Of a stretch of 64,000 bases of DNA, positions 1-11,295 are shown piece by piece. The stretch's first letter is position 1. Each line of letters opens with the position of its first letter. Origin of the DNA: Dendrobates tinctorius (Eukaryota); contig NW_027361728.1 in NCBI RefSeq assembly GCF_039654945.1, positions 10,974,001 to 11,038,000 of the forward strand, written 5' to 3'. The notes beneath the pieces were generated by a model. The model was given only the letters and a program-made list of their open reading frames with translations. It was not told where the DNA came from and did no database searches. The position numbers and the translations under genes were made by a program.

Positions 1-703
1 TAGTCACCACTGCTAGTGGGAGAGATTTCCCCTAGGAGGGAGAAACCATCTGGTCAGACAGCAGGCGGTGCGGGGTACTTAAGGGGGCCTGAGTGTGGGA
101 ACAGGAGAGACTTGGCAGGAAGGCGACAGGAGTAGGTTGACTCCCTCACTGCAGCTTCTACTGATGATTCCCCTGCTTCCAGACCTCCATGTACTGACTT
201 GGAGATTACCCCTGATGTTATTGAGTTACTGTCTGAGAGCAAACCATTGAATACCGTTGTTTCACCTGGGATACCGTTGCCACAACCTAGAGACTACTCT
301 GAGAGACCGCGGTCTGTTGTGGCTGGTGCACGTGCTTGCGACCCGTGCCCAGCGCCATTCCTGGGACATTCATCCAGAGGATTGATTTCACGCTGCAGCA
401 CATTAAAGACAAAGAGGACTGAATCCTTTGGCACTGTTGGGCGGCAGTGCTATTCCTTCCTGCGGAACAGAGCCAGAGACTTTGTGTACCATTTGCGATG
501 TCGTCGGGAGATATTCCAGCCTTCCCCCTGCCAGAACTTCAACCGATAAGTTCACTGTTTATTTTACATATTCTTGTTACCCTTTTTCATTGCCTCCCTG
601 CGAGGAGTATTGCTGTTATCGATTGTTCAGTAGAAACTGTTAATCCCTTCTCTGTCTTTGGTTACTCACTGCATCAGGCGAACTGCTTCCTCCTCTTACA
701 TTT

Positions 704-721
704 TGGCATAGTCGGCAGGAT
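704..721 (+). other. Primer-binding site complementary to tRNA-Ser 3' end
   Basis: TGGCATAGTCGGCAGGAT lies 3 nt after the LTR end. It differs by one base from the reverse complement of the vertebrate tRNA-Ser 3' end as I recall it (TGGCGTAGTCGGCAGGAT). Confidence 0.8.
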
Positions 722-2750
722 GCAGTCTGGTAGCACGGAGACAGCAGGACAGTGGGGCCCAGAACCAGCATTTCTTTGGGTTCCATGTTGAGCCATTTGC
801 CAAAGTTTACGGGGTCTAATACTATGTTGTGGAGTTGGACGGAGCGCATTGGGGGTTATGATGAGGATGCACACCATGACCCCTGCACTCGAGGCTGAAG
901 TGGCCATTATGGCTCTAGACGGAGAGGCCTGTGATGTTACACACTCACCGGGACAGTGATACGTTTTCTAAAGTACTCCAAATATTGGAGGTGACCCATG
1001 GGGACCCCACTGACTTACGGGATCTTAGGACACGCTTCTTTAGCCATATGCAAATAGAGGGGGAGACAGTCACACAATACATGAATGCCCTACAAGAATT
1101 CCGCACCGCCATTGTTAGAAAAGATGGGATGGGGATAGGACCGGCAGATGTGATGCTGCGTGACTTGTTGGTGACTGGACTACGTGACGTCCTGACCAAG
1201 CAGACATTGAGAGAGCAGGTGCGGGTAGATCCTAGTATCACTTTTGCTGACATAGGAAGAGAAGCCTACTCACGTGAACAAAAGCAGGGAGTGACAGTCC
1301 CGGTAGGGAAGGTCAGAGTGGTGAAGTCGCAGTTCAATCGGCCGTCGAACCTCAATGGGCCGAAGAAATGCGACAAGAGCTAGTCAATATTCAAGGAGAA
1401 CTGGCCCAGATGAGGAAAGAGAAAGCAGAGACTAGCCATTGTACCGCCAGGATCCAAGGTGGGAGAAATGCTCGTAATGAGAACCGAAGAGCCCATCGGC
1501 GGAGGTCTTTTGCACACTACAACTGCAGAGAAATAGGACATTTGGCTAGGCAGTTTCCACGACGGGCCTGGCCCCGTCCATACCGCCCACTAAGCTAAAG
1601 GGCTCCGAGCTTGGGGGACACCGCCCGGAGCCAGAATGGAAAGGAAGGAGTAGTGTAAATCCCATGGATCTAGTATCAACATGTCCACTGGTGTGGGCCG
1701 AATTTGATGGACGGGCAGTACGTTATTTGGTGGATACAGGTGACCATGATGCCAGAAGCATATTTCCGTCAGCACTTCCCGGAAACTTCCCGCAAATCAC
1801 CTGCCCATCCCGGTGGCAGGGGTGGTCTGGATGCAGGTATCCCTGTGTGGGAGAAATCTCGGATGGAGGGGGATCATATTGACTCGGGGAGAGGCTGGCC
1901 ACGGCCACACTGTGACCTTAGGAATGAATATCTTGAAAGAGTTTGGAAAGTTGCTGAGCGATGAACCCTCACATTTGTGTTTGAGTCTGTGGAGTCCGCA
2001 TACCCCCCTGAAATGTGAGTTTCAGCAGTTGATACTTATAGCCCTTGTGCATGAAGTATCCAACCAGGGGGAAACGCTGAGAAAGGTGGTGGTCCCGGTG
2101 TCCACGTAACTCATTCTACTGCTGAGACAGACGGTGTTAACTCTACCAGTATGAACCCATGCCCCGCTGGAAGGGGTGGAAGTTCAATTGAAACACCCAA
2201 GAGTGCAGCAACTGCCCACAGGATTACTAGTGGCCCTGACACTGGCAGTGGTGCGAGAGGGAACCGTGTTTGTGTGTTGTGTGAACCTCACCGATCAGGA
2301 GATTGTTGTTCCCCATAGAAGTGAAGTAGCCCGAGTGGTGGGCATGCCTGAGGAAGTCGTTCTTCCCCAGGACATACAGCTAGCAGTAAGTCTGGAAGAT
2401 GGTCAGTGAAAGTCACTACCCCTTCGATGACCGAACCACAGTACATCCAAGAGGGTCTGCGCGTCCTGGAGCAAATGCGTGCTGAACTGTGCGAGCTCAC
2501 CCCCACTCAAGTACATCAGGTGGAGGCATTGCTGGGGCGTTACCAATCCGTCTTTTCAAATCATGAAGATGACTTTAGTTGCACTCCAGCATTTACCCAT
2601 TAAATCCCTACGGGAGAGACCTTGCCAGTCCGAGAACGTTACCAGCATATTCCCCTTCAGTTATACCAAGAGGTGAGAGAGATGCTCGGTCAGATGCTAC
2701 AGGCAGGTGGGTGTTATCAGAGAAAGCCAGAGCCCGTGGGCGGCCCCTAT
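720..2750 (+). pseudogene. Gypsy gag-pro-(RT start), multiply frameshifted
   Basis: Fragmented ORFs 931-1383, 1368-1598, 1664-1882, 1813-2109, 2176-2409, 2406-2603 and 2622-2819 carry Gypsy motifs. Confidence 0.85.
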
Positions 2751-3534
2751 TGTTACCCTTTTTCATTGCCTCCCTGGAAGGAGTATTGCTGTTATCGATT
2801 GTTCAGTAAAAACTGTTAAACCCTTCTCTGTCTCCAGTTACTCACTGCATCAGTCGAACTGCTTCCTCCTCTTACAGAAGCACACAGATAACTGTTGGGT
2901 TAGGAGTGTGTTTACGGTGATCCTTTACATACTTGAAATAGTTTAAAAAATATGTGATAGGTTTATTTTATACTGACAGGTGTAAAAATATAAACTCCCT
3001 ATTGATGCAAAAAAAGCGAGGGGAGTGCTCTTAAGGATGGGGATGTAAGCTGTGTGTGCTGTGCACTACTCCTACTGATCCATGATGGTTCAGAAATGTG
3101 AAATATTTTCCTTTGCTTGTAACTTGGCTACAAATGAATTACAAGGCTTCATTTCTACGAATAGGCAAGTTGCATTTTTGAGGAACTTCCCTTATGACTG
3201 ACCACATGATGCGGTTATTGTACTCTTTCCTGTAATGTGCCATGTCTGATAAAATTTGTTACGTCAGCAAAAGATTTGGAGAATGGAGGGAGGTCATGTG
3301 TGGCTCAGTCATATAGGCAGAATGTGTAACTCGTTTTTTTTCAAGTATGTTACAACCAAATGCAGCTGAGTTTAGAACAATTTGGATACATAGAATTTTC
3401 AAAATTACAGCTCCTCTACAGTACAATGGATTGAATCAAAGCAGATGTAATCTTTATACAGCAAGTTGCTAATTTCCTTGAAAGGTTTTACTACCATTAT
3501 CTTTATGACGTGGGTTCTCAAACTTTTTTCACCA

Positions 3535-3800
3535 GAGTCTGCCTATGAGGGTGCATTATACTACATAGACTCTGCCTATGGGGGTGTATTATACTATATA
3601 GAGTCTGCCTGTGGGGAGTGCATTATTCTATAGAGTTTGCCTATGGGGGGTGCATTATACTATAGAGTCTAGCTATGGAGGAGATTGTATTATACAATAT
3701 AGTCTTCCTATGAGGAGTGCATTATACTATATAGAGTCTCCCTATGGAGAGTGTATTATACAATATGGAGTCTGCCTATGGGGGGTGCATTATGCTATAA
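3535..3800 (+). repeat. ~35-bp minisatellite (GAGTCTGCCTATGGGGGTGCATTATACTATATA)n, left part
   Basis: Tandem units are directly visible. Confidence 0.9.
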
Positions 3801-3804
3801 TAGT

Positions 3805-5603
3805 AAATTTTATTTCTTTAGCGTCGACAAATTCTGCAGCACTTTACATTTCAGAGGGGACATGTACAGACGATAGACATTACAGCATAACAATAATCAC
3901 ATAGACCCTAACAGATACCAAGAGGAATGAGGGCCCTGCTCACAAGCTTACAATCTATGAGGAAAAAGGTAGACACGAAAGGTGGGCGGTAACAATTGCC
4001 CTGATTGTATGGACCAGCCATAATGTTAAGTGTGTAACAGTACAGACACAGAGGGCTAATGGATGCATAAAGCATGTGGGAACATGATGCGGGGAACCTG
4101 GTTATGGTAAAACTTTTGGCTGTGCCACACAGGGATAGATTAGGTTAATGTGTTGAGGCAGCAGGCGAGTCTGAATAAATGCATTTTCAGGGCACGCTTA
4201 AAATTGTGGGTATTGGGGACTAATCGTATTGACCTGGGAAGTGCATTCCAAAGAATAGGTGCAGCACATGTAAAGTCTTGGAGACGGGAGTGGGAGGTTC
4301 TGATTATTGAGGATGCTAACCTCAGGTCATCAGCAGAATGGAGGGCGCGGGTAGGGTGGTTTACTGAAATAAGGGAGGAGATGTAGGGTGGTGCTGAGCC
4401 ATGGAGGGCTTTGTGGGTGAGGGTAATAAGTTTATACTGAATTCTGGAGTGGATGGGTAGCCAGTGTAATGACTGGCACAAGGTAGAGGCATCGGCGTAA
4501 CGATTAGTGAGGAATATGATCCTGGCTGCAGCATTCAAAACAAATTGGAGAGGGGAGAGTTTGGTAAGAGGGAGACCGATTAGAAGAGAGTTACAATAGT
4601 CGAGACAAGAATGAATAAGAGAAACAATAAGAGTTTTTGCGGAGTCAAAAGTAAGAAAAGGTCGAATTCTAGAAATGTTTTTGAGGTGCAGATAACAAGA
4701 GCGAGCCAGTGATCGGATGTAGGGGGCAAAGGAAAGCTCGGAGTCAAGTATGACCCCAAGACAGTGGGCATGTTGATGGGGAGTAATAGTGGAACCACAC
4801 ACGGAAATGGCAATGTCGGGTATAGGTACATTAGTAGCGGGAGGAAACACAAGGAGTTCAGTCTTTGACAGGTTCAGTTTCAGATATAATGAGGACATGA
4901 TGTTAGAAACAGTGTTTGACAATTGCTGGTGTTTTCTAGAAAGTCTGGCGTGATGTCAGGAGAAGAAGCGTATAATTGAGTGTCATCAGCATAGAGATGG
5001 TACTGGAAACCAAATCTACTGATTGTTTGACCAATAGGGGCAGTGTACAAAGAGAAGAGGAGGGGGACTAGGACTGATCCTTGAGGAACCCCAACAGTAA
5101 GGGGAAGATGAGAGGAGGAGGAACCAGCAAAAGATACAGTAAAGGAGCGGTCAGAGAGATAGGAGGAGAACCAGGAGAGAATGGTGTCTTTTAGGCCAAT
5201 GGAACGGAGGATAGTGAGGAGGAGCTGATGATCCACAGTGTCGAATTCTGCAGAGAGATCCAAGAGAATTAGCATGGAGTAATGACCATTTGATTTAGCT
5301 GTTAGTAGATCATTAGAGACTTTAGTGAGGGCAGTTTCAGTAGAGTGTAAAGAGCAGAAACCGAATTGGAGAGGGTCGAGAAGAGAGTTATCAAAGAGAT
5401 AGCGGATAAGACGGGAGTGGACCAGGCGTTCCAGGAGTTTAGAGATGAAGGGAAGATTAGAGACAGGTCTATAGTTAGCGGCACAGTTTTGGTCGAGGGA
5501 TGGTTTTTTAAGTAGTGGATGCATGATGGATGGCATGCTTAAATGAGGAGGGAAAGATACCAGAAGAGAGAGGTTAAATATTTTAGTTAGGTGAGGGGTG
5601 ACA
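3805..5603 (-). mobile_element. L2-clade LINE, 5'-truncated (RT domain plus 3' UTR)
   Basis: ORFs 4880-5536 ([39 protein letters not shown]) and 4140-4922 (LHWLPI). L2-type 3' tail TGTAAAGTGCTGCAG...AAATAAA near 3805-3850. Confidence 0.92.
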
Positions 5604-6460
5604 GAATCTGCCTACGGAGGGTGCATTATACTACATAGAGTCGATCAATGGAGAGTGCATTATGCTATATAGAGTCTGCCTAAGGGGGATGCATTATTCT
5701 ATATAGAGTCTACCTATGGGGCAATGCATAATACTATAGAGGCCTATGGGGCTGCATTATACTATATAGAGTCTGTCAATGGGGGTGCATTATACTATCT
5801 AGAGTCTGCCTATGAACAGTGCATTATACTATATACAGTAGAGTCTTCCTATGTGGAGTGCATTATACTAAATAGAGTCTGATTATGGGGGTTCATTATA
5901 CTATGAAAGGAAAAAAGAGGGAAATCCAGCTCGAGGAATAAAATCCAAATATTTCTTTATTCATTTCATTAAAATGCAAATATGGCTGCTATGATCGTCA
6001 TTGCGGTTTTTACCCTGACATGGGTTTTTACCCTGACATTGCGGTCATTCCATGTCAGGGTAAAAACCGCAATGACGATCATAGCAGCCATATTTGCATT
6101 TTAATGAAATGAATAAAGAAATATTTGGATTTCATTCCTCGAGCTGAATTTTCCTCTTTTTTCCTTGGATTGTTTCCAGACGTCTGGGTGGAGATGTGTC
6201 CTTGCTCGGATCTTGCGGCATTATCAGTGAATAAAGGGGTGAGCTGAATCTAACCTTTTTTTTTCTATTTCATTACACTAAAAAGATTCTGCCTATGGGG
6301 AATGCATTATACAATATAGAATATGCTTATGGGGAATGCATTCTACTATATAGTGTGTGCCTATGGGGAATGCATTATACTATAGAGGCCTATGAGGAGT
6401 TCATTATACTATAATGAGGACTATCTAGTGTATTTTACTATATGGAGGCTATCTAGGGGG
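5604..6460 (+). repeat. ~35-bp minisatellite, right part (interrupted at 5904-6268)
   Basis: Same unit as 3535-3800. Confidence 0.88.
5904..6268. mobile_element. Short insertion with ~117-bp inverted arms, probable Penelope-like (PLE) pseudo-LTR remnant
   Basis: Arms at ~5907-6023 and ~6050-6166 contain AATAAA. Flanked by the near-duplicate TTCATTA(T/C)ACTA. Confidence 0.6.
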
Positions 6461-6652
6461 CCATCATACAGTGTGGAGATTACAGTGAGGGGGCCATCAT
6501 ACAGTGTTGGAGCCAAACAGTTTGGGGGCTACTAAGTGGTGAGTATACTGTGTGGGCAGTACTATACAGTGAGGGGGAATTGTACTGTGTATAAGAGAGC
6601 ATCATACTGTGTAGAGGGGAGCTGTACAGGGGGAGACTTGGGACATTATTAA

Positions 6653-7281
6653 AGCAAACCTGTCACCAGCTTTGGCCGATACAAGTTATGGCCACCACCA
6701 TTCAGGTCCTAGCTACAGCATTCTAAAATGTTGTAGATAAGCTACCGGTCTGACCTGAAGGATTAGAAAAATAAGTTTTATTATACTCATCTGCTGGGCA
6801 GCCTGGTCCAATGGGTGTTGCAGGTCTTGGCCCGGCACCTCCCATCTTCTTGCGATGCCATCCTCCTGCTTGCTTCATGGCACCCCGGCATCGCGCTCCT
6901 GTGCAGGCGTACTTATCTGCACTGTTGAGGGCAGAGCAAATTCCTGCAGTGTGCAGGTGCTGGGCCTCTCTGACCTTTCCCGAAGCCTGCGCACTGCGGT
7001 ACTTTGCTCTGTTCTCAACAGGGCAGATAAGTGCACCTGCGCATGAGCGCAATGCCGGGGAGCCATGAAGCAAGCAGGAGGGCAGCATCGAAATAATATA
7101 GGAGGCGCCAGACCAAGACCTGCGATACCCCTCGGACTGGACCGCCCAGCAGATGAGTAAAATAAAAGTTATCTTGCAGGTCGGGTTGGGGGCTTATATA
7201 CAGCATTATAGAATGCTGCAGATAAGCCCTGAAAGGCGGTGGCTGCAACTCCTATCAGCCAAACCTGGTGACAGGCTCCCT
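6653..7281. mobile_element. Kolobok/T2-family MITE, whole-length palindrome
   Basis: TTAA at 6649-6652 and 7282-7285. Termini are AGCAAACCTGTCACCAG and CTGGTGACAGGCTCCCT, with long internal inverted repeats. Confidence 0.85.
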
Positions 7282-8153
7282 TTAAATGTAAAGTGGGCAC
7301 TTATTGTTATAGGGGAACTCAGGTTACTGTGACTGTCAAAGGGCACAAAGAGGGTATTATTACTTTCTAGGAGACAAAAGGTGGGCAGTGTTTTCTAGGG
7401 CACTTGAACACAGCCTTACTCTATTCCAGAGGTTTGCTTTACCATCTAGAAGGCACACCGTACCACACAGTACGTGCAAAATGTAAATGTGAGAACTCAG
7501 ATGTCTTTGTTGTAATCTCTTCAGCCGAGTAGTTGCCATGTCGGTGTGGGCCAGATAGAAAAGATATGAAAAGTGAACGATTCCATCAGAAATATCGTCA
7601 GTTGTAAGTCACCATATATAACTGGGTTGTGATGTCTTATATGATTCATAGCACTGTTTTTTCCACTGACCATATGGTGGTAATATCATTGTTGGTCTTT
7701 ATATAGAGATTATTTTCATCAACAGCGTGGTCATCTGGGCCCACTCAGAAGTTTGCCCAACACTACCCCCCCCCCCCCCCCCCGAAAGAAAACCCTAGCT
7801 ACACCTCTGCATGTACATAACGGTTATTGTTTAAAAAATATCCTTTCTACCTTGACTGGACAGGATTTTATTGCTCATACTGATATGTATTACCAACATT
7901 CCTGGAATATCCAGTAATTTGTTGAACTCATTCTAAATATCTGACTGATATACTAGAAATTCCACAATAACAGAAATTTTTCTTTGGAGCAGACTCATAA
8001 TAGTATGAGGAAACAGGACATGTATGAATACAGAAATGACTTCTGGATGACATCCATCCAATTGTTCATTTTGAGAGATGAACCTTAGCTTGCTAAACTT
8101 TGGAGAGGTCATCAAAAGGGTTACAAGCAGATAATGGATTGTTGCTAAAGCAA

Positions 8154-9789
8154 TAGTTGTGGCCAAAAGTATTGACACCCCTGCAATTTTGTCAGATAAT
8201 ACTCAGTTTCTTCCTGAAAATGATTGCAAACACAAATTCTTTGGTATTATTATCTTCATTTAATTTGTCTTAAATGAAAAAACACAAAAGAGAATGAAGC
8301 AAAAAGCAAAACATTGTTCATTTCACACAAAACTCCAAAAATGGGCCAGACAAAAGTATTGGCACCCTCAGCCTAATACTTGGTTGCACAACCTTTCACC
8401 AAAATAACTGTGACCAACCATTTCCGGTAACCATCAATGAGTTTCTTACAATGCCCTGCTGGAATTTTAGACCATTCTTTTTTGGCAAACTGCTCCAGGT
8501 CCCTGATATTAGAAAGGTGCCTTCTCCAAACTGCCATTTTTAGATCTCTCCACAGGTGTTCTATGGGATTCAGGTCTGGACTCATTGCTGGACACCTTAG
8601 AAGTCTCCAGTGCTTTCTCTCAAACCATTTTCTAGTGCTTTTTGAAGTGTGTTTTGGTTCATTGTCCTGCTGGAAGACCCATGACCTCTGAGGGAGACCC
8701 ATCTTTCTCACACTGGGCCCTACATTATACTGCAAAATTTGTTGGTAGTCTTCTGACTTCATAATGCCATGCACACGGTCAAGCAGTCCAGTGCCAGAGG
8801 CAGCAAAGCAACCCCCAAAACATCAGGGAACCTCGCCATGTTTGACTGTAGGGACCGTGTTTTTTTCTTTGAATGCCTCTTTTTTTCTCCTGTAAACTCT
8901 ATGTTGATGCCTTTGCCCAAAAAGCTCTACTTTTGTCTCATCTGACAAGAGAACATTCTTCCAAAACGTTTTAGGCTTTTTCAGGTGAGTTTTGGCAAAC
9001 TCCAGCCTGACTTTTTTATGTCTCGGGGTAAGAAGTGGGGTCTTCCTGGGTCTCCTACCATACAGCCCCTTTTCATTCAGACACCGACGGATAGTGCGGG
9101 TTGACACTGTTTTACCCTCGGACTGCAGGGCAGCTTGAACTTGTTTGGATGTTAGTCGAGGTTCTTTATCCAACATCCTCACAATCTTGCGTTGAAATCT
9201 CTTGTCAATTTTTCTTTTCCATCCACATCTAGGGAGGTTAGCCACAGTGTCATGGGCTTTAAACTTCTTCATGACACTGCGCACAGTAGACACAGGAACA
9301 TTCAGGTCTTTGGAGATGGACTTGTAGCCTTGAGATTGCTCATGCTTCCTCACAATTTGGTTTCTCAAGTCCTCAGACAGTTCTTTGGTCTTCTTTCTTT
9401 TCTCCATGCCCAATGTGGTACACACAAGGACACAGGACAGAGGTTGAGTCAACTTTAATCCATGTCAACTGGCTGCAAGTGTTATTTAGTTATTGCCAAC
9501 ACCTGTTAGATGCCACAGGTAAGTTACAGGTGCTGTTAATTACACAAATTAGAGAATCATCACATGATTTTTCGAACAGTGCCAAAACTTTTGTCCACCC
9601 TCTTTTTTATGTTTGGTGTCGAATTATATCCAATTTGGCTTTAGGCCAATTCTTTTTGTGTTTTTTCATTTAAGACAAATTAAATGAAGATAATAATAAC
9701 AAAGAATTTGTTTGCGCAATCATTTTCAGGAAGAAACTGAGTATTATCTGACAAAATTGCAGGGGTGTCAATACTTTTGGCCACAACTG
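8154..9789 (-). mobile_element. Tc1 (DD34E) element, copy A, full length
   Basis: ~135-bp TIRs CAGTTGTGGCCAAAAGTATTGACACCCCTG, TA at the right end, transposase inside. Confidence 0.96.
8373..9407 (-). pseudogene. Tc1 transposase (copy A), broken by compensating indels with an intervening stop
   Basis: ATG at 9407 and stop at 8373 are in frame (1035 nt). A 1-bp deletion near 8834 and a 1-bp insertion near 8815 bracket TGA at 8823. Confidence 0.9.
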
Positions 9790-10009
9790 TATGTGCAAGT
9801 GAACACAGAGTAATGTGCAACAAAGTAGCACACTAATAAACGTCAGTGACTAGAGTTGAGGGAAACGGGTAGGTCAAATTAAAAAATAGCAGACTTTAGC
9901 TAAAGTCGGGTTTCGCCGATCGAAACCCGACCATAGCGTGAGGTCGGCCATGAGGTCGCCGATCAGAGCGCCAAAGTCGCGTTTCAAATAATGCTTCCAG
10001 CGCCTTTTC

Positions 10010-10160
10010 TCAGCCAATGATGGAGGACACACACTGTGGGCAAGGCGATGACATGGGCAGCGTCCACCACCATCTTAGAGAAGGGAATTGAAGTGATTGG
10101 CTGGCTTTGTGTGGTGTCACAATGGGTATAAAAGGCTGTGACCGCCGACCGCCATCTTAC
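10010..10160 (+). promoter_or_regulatory. Putative internal promoter of hAT copy 1
   Basis: CCAAT near 10014, ATTGG near 10096, TATAAAA at 10127-10133, GCCATCTT (YY1-like) near 10152. Motif evidence only. Confidence 0.45.
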
Positions 10161-10449
10161 TTCTGCCGATCTTAGAATAGGGAGAGGTGCTGCTGCTGAT
10201 TATGAACAGGGAGAGCGTTAGGCAGGGAAGAAGAAAAAAAAACTGCTTCTGCTGATAGCGCTTTTCACTGTACAGTTAGTGTGCAGTGAAAGGGGAGGAT
10301 TTTTGTTGTGTGCTGCAGCACTGGTCGTGATTAGGCTGCCTTTTAAGGCTAGCTGCGTTGCTGTGTGCACACTGCTGTTCAAACTGCTATTTTCAAAGCA
10401 CTCCAACTTTTATTATTTTGTCCTGGTGAGTTACTGAGCGTTCATTTTT

Positions 10450-11290
10450 TCACACACTGTATAGTGGTGTACGCACCTTACACACTACCGTGTACCGGCT
10501 GGTATCACGGACAAATAGAAGCTATCTGGGTGTGACTCTGGAAGAACAAGCCGAGGAGTTTTTCCATTTTTCCAGACCTACACCTTAGAGAGCTGTCCGT
10601 TTTTCAAACAGTTTCATATATCTTCTGTTTGATAATGGTCAAAACTAGACAGAGACAGAGTGTGTCAGTCCCTATACAAATACACGAAGATTGTCAATTT
10701 TCCATACAGACACCATATAGTGGTGTACGCTCCTCACACACTACCGTGTACCGCCTTGTATCATGGACAAATAGAAGCTATCTGGGTGTGACTCTGGAAA
10801 AAAAAGCCGAGGAGTTTTTCTGTTTTTCCAGAACTATACCTTAGAGTGATGTCCGCTTTTCAAACAATTTCGTATATCTGCTGTTTGATGACGGTCAAAA
10901 CTAGACAGAGACAGCGTGTGTCAGTCCCTATTCAAATAGACAGAGATTGACAATTTTCCATACACACACCGTATAGAGCTGTCCGATTCTCAAACAGTAT
11001 TGTATATCTGCCACTCGCATTACAGTCACATCTATACAGAGTCAGCGTGTGTGTGTGACACTCCATAAACACATATACGGAGATTGTTAGTTACACAAAA
11101 AATGTATACAGCTGTATACTTCTGAAACAGTTCCGTATATCTGCTTGTTGGATTACGGTCCAATACATACTGTGAGAGCGTCTGTGACTCACAAAATATA
11201 TACGTAGATTTATTTTTTTAATACACCTTACACAACTGGACGCTCCTCATACAGTACCATCTCTCTGCTGGTATTTTTGGTACATTTTCC
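10450..11290 (+). repeat. ~130-bp tandem array upstream of the transposase ATG, with a duplicated ~257-bp dimer
   Basis: 10455-10712 is nearly repeated at 10713-10970. A CGGAGATT-like marker recurs about every 130 bp. Confidence 0.8.
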
Positions 11291-11295
11291 CAAAC

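Larger units (their letters stand above)
1..2876 (+). mobile_element. Ty3/Gypsy LTR retrotransposon remnant (5' LTR, PBS, gag-protease, start of RT, deletion into 3' LTR)
   Basis: 574-700 is repeated at 2751-2876 and both copies end ...CTTACA. A PBS follows 700. Gag-like ORF 931-1383, degenerate knuckle CREIGHLARQF, protease LVDTG near 1725, RT start SPWAAPIV near 2730. Confidence 0.9.
3535..7809 (+). mobile_element. Satellite-bearing non-autonomous DNA element (hAT-like terminus), interrupted by L2, a PLE-like insert and a MITE
   Basis: Ends ...CCCTAGCTACACCTCTG (reverse complement CAGAGGTGTAGCTAGG). Its unique part 7320-7800 is homologous in inverse orientation to 45595-46210, and both copies carry the same ~35-bp satellite. 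Confidence 0.6.

Noticed and set aside
3535-6460. Regularly spaced ~35-bp repeats as a CRISPR array
   Set aside because: Contiguous tandem units with no unique spacers, no cas genes and a eukaryotic context. The same applies to 17135-17800, 47835-48445 and 54670-58735.
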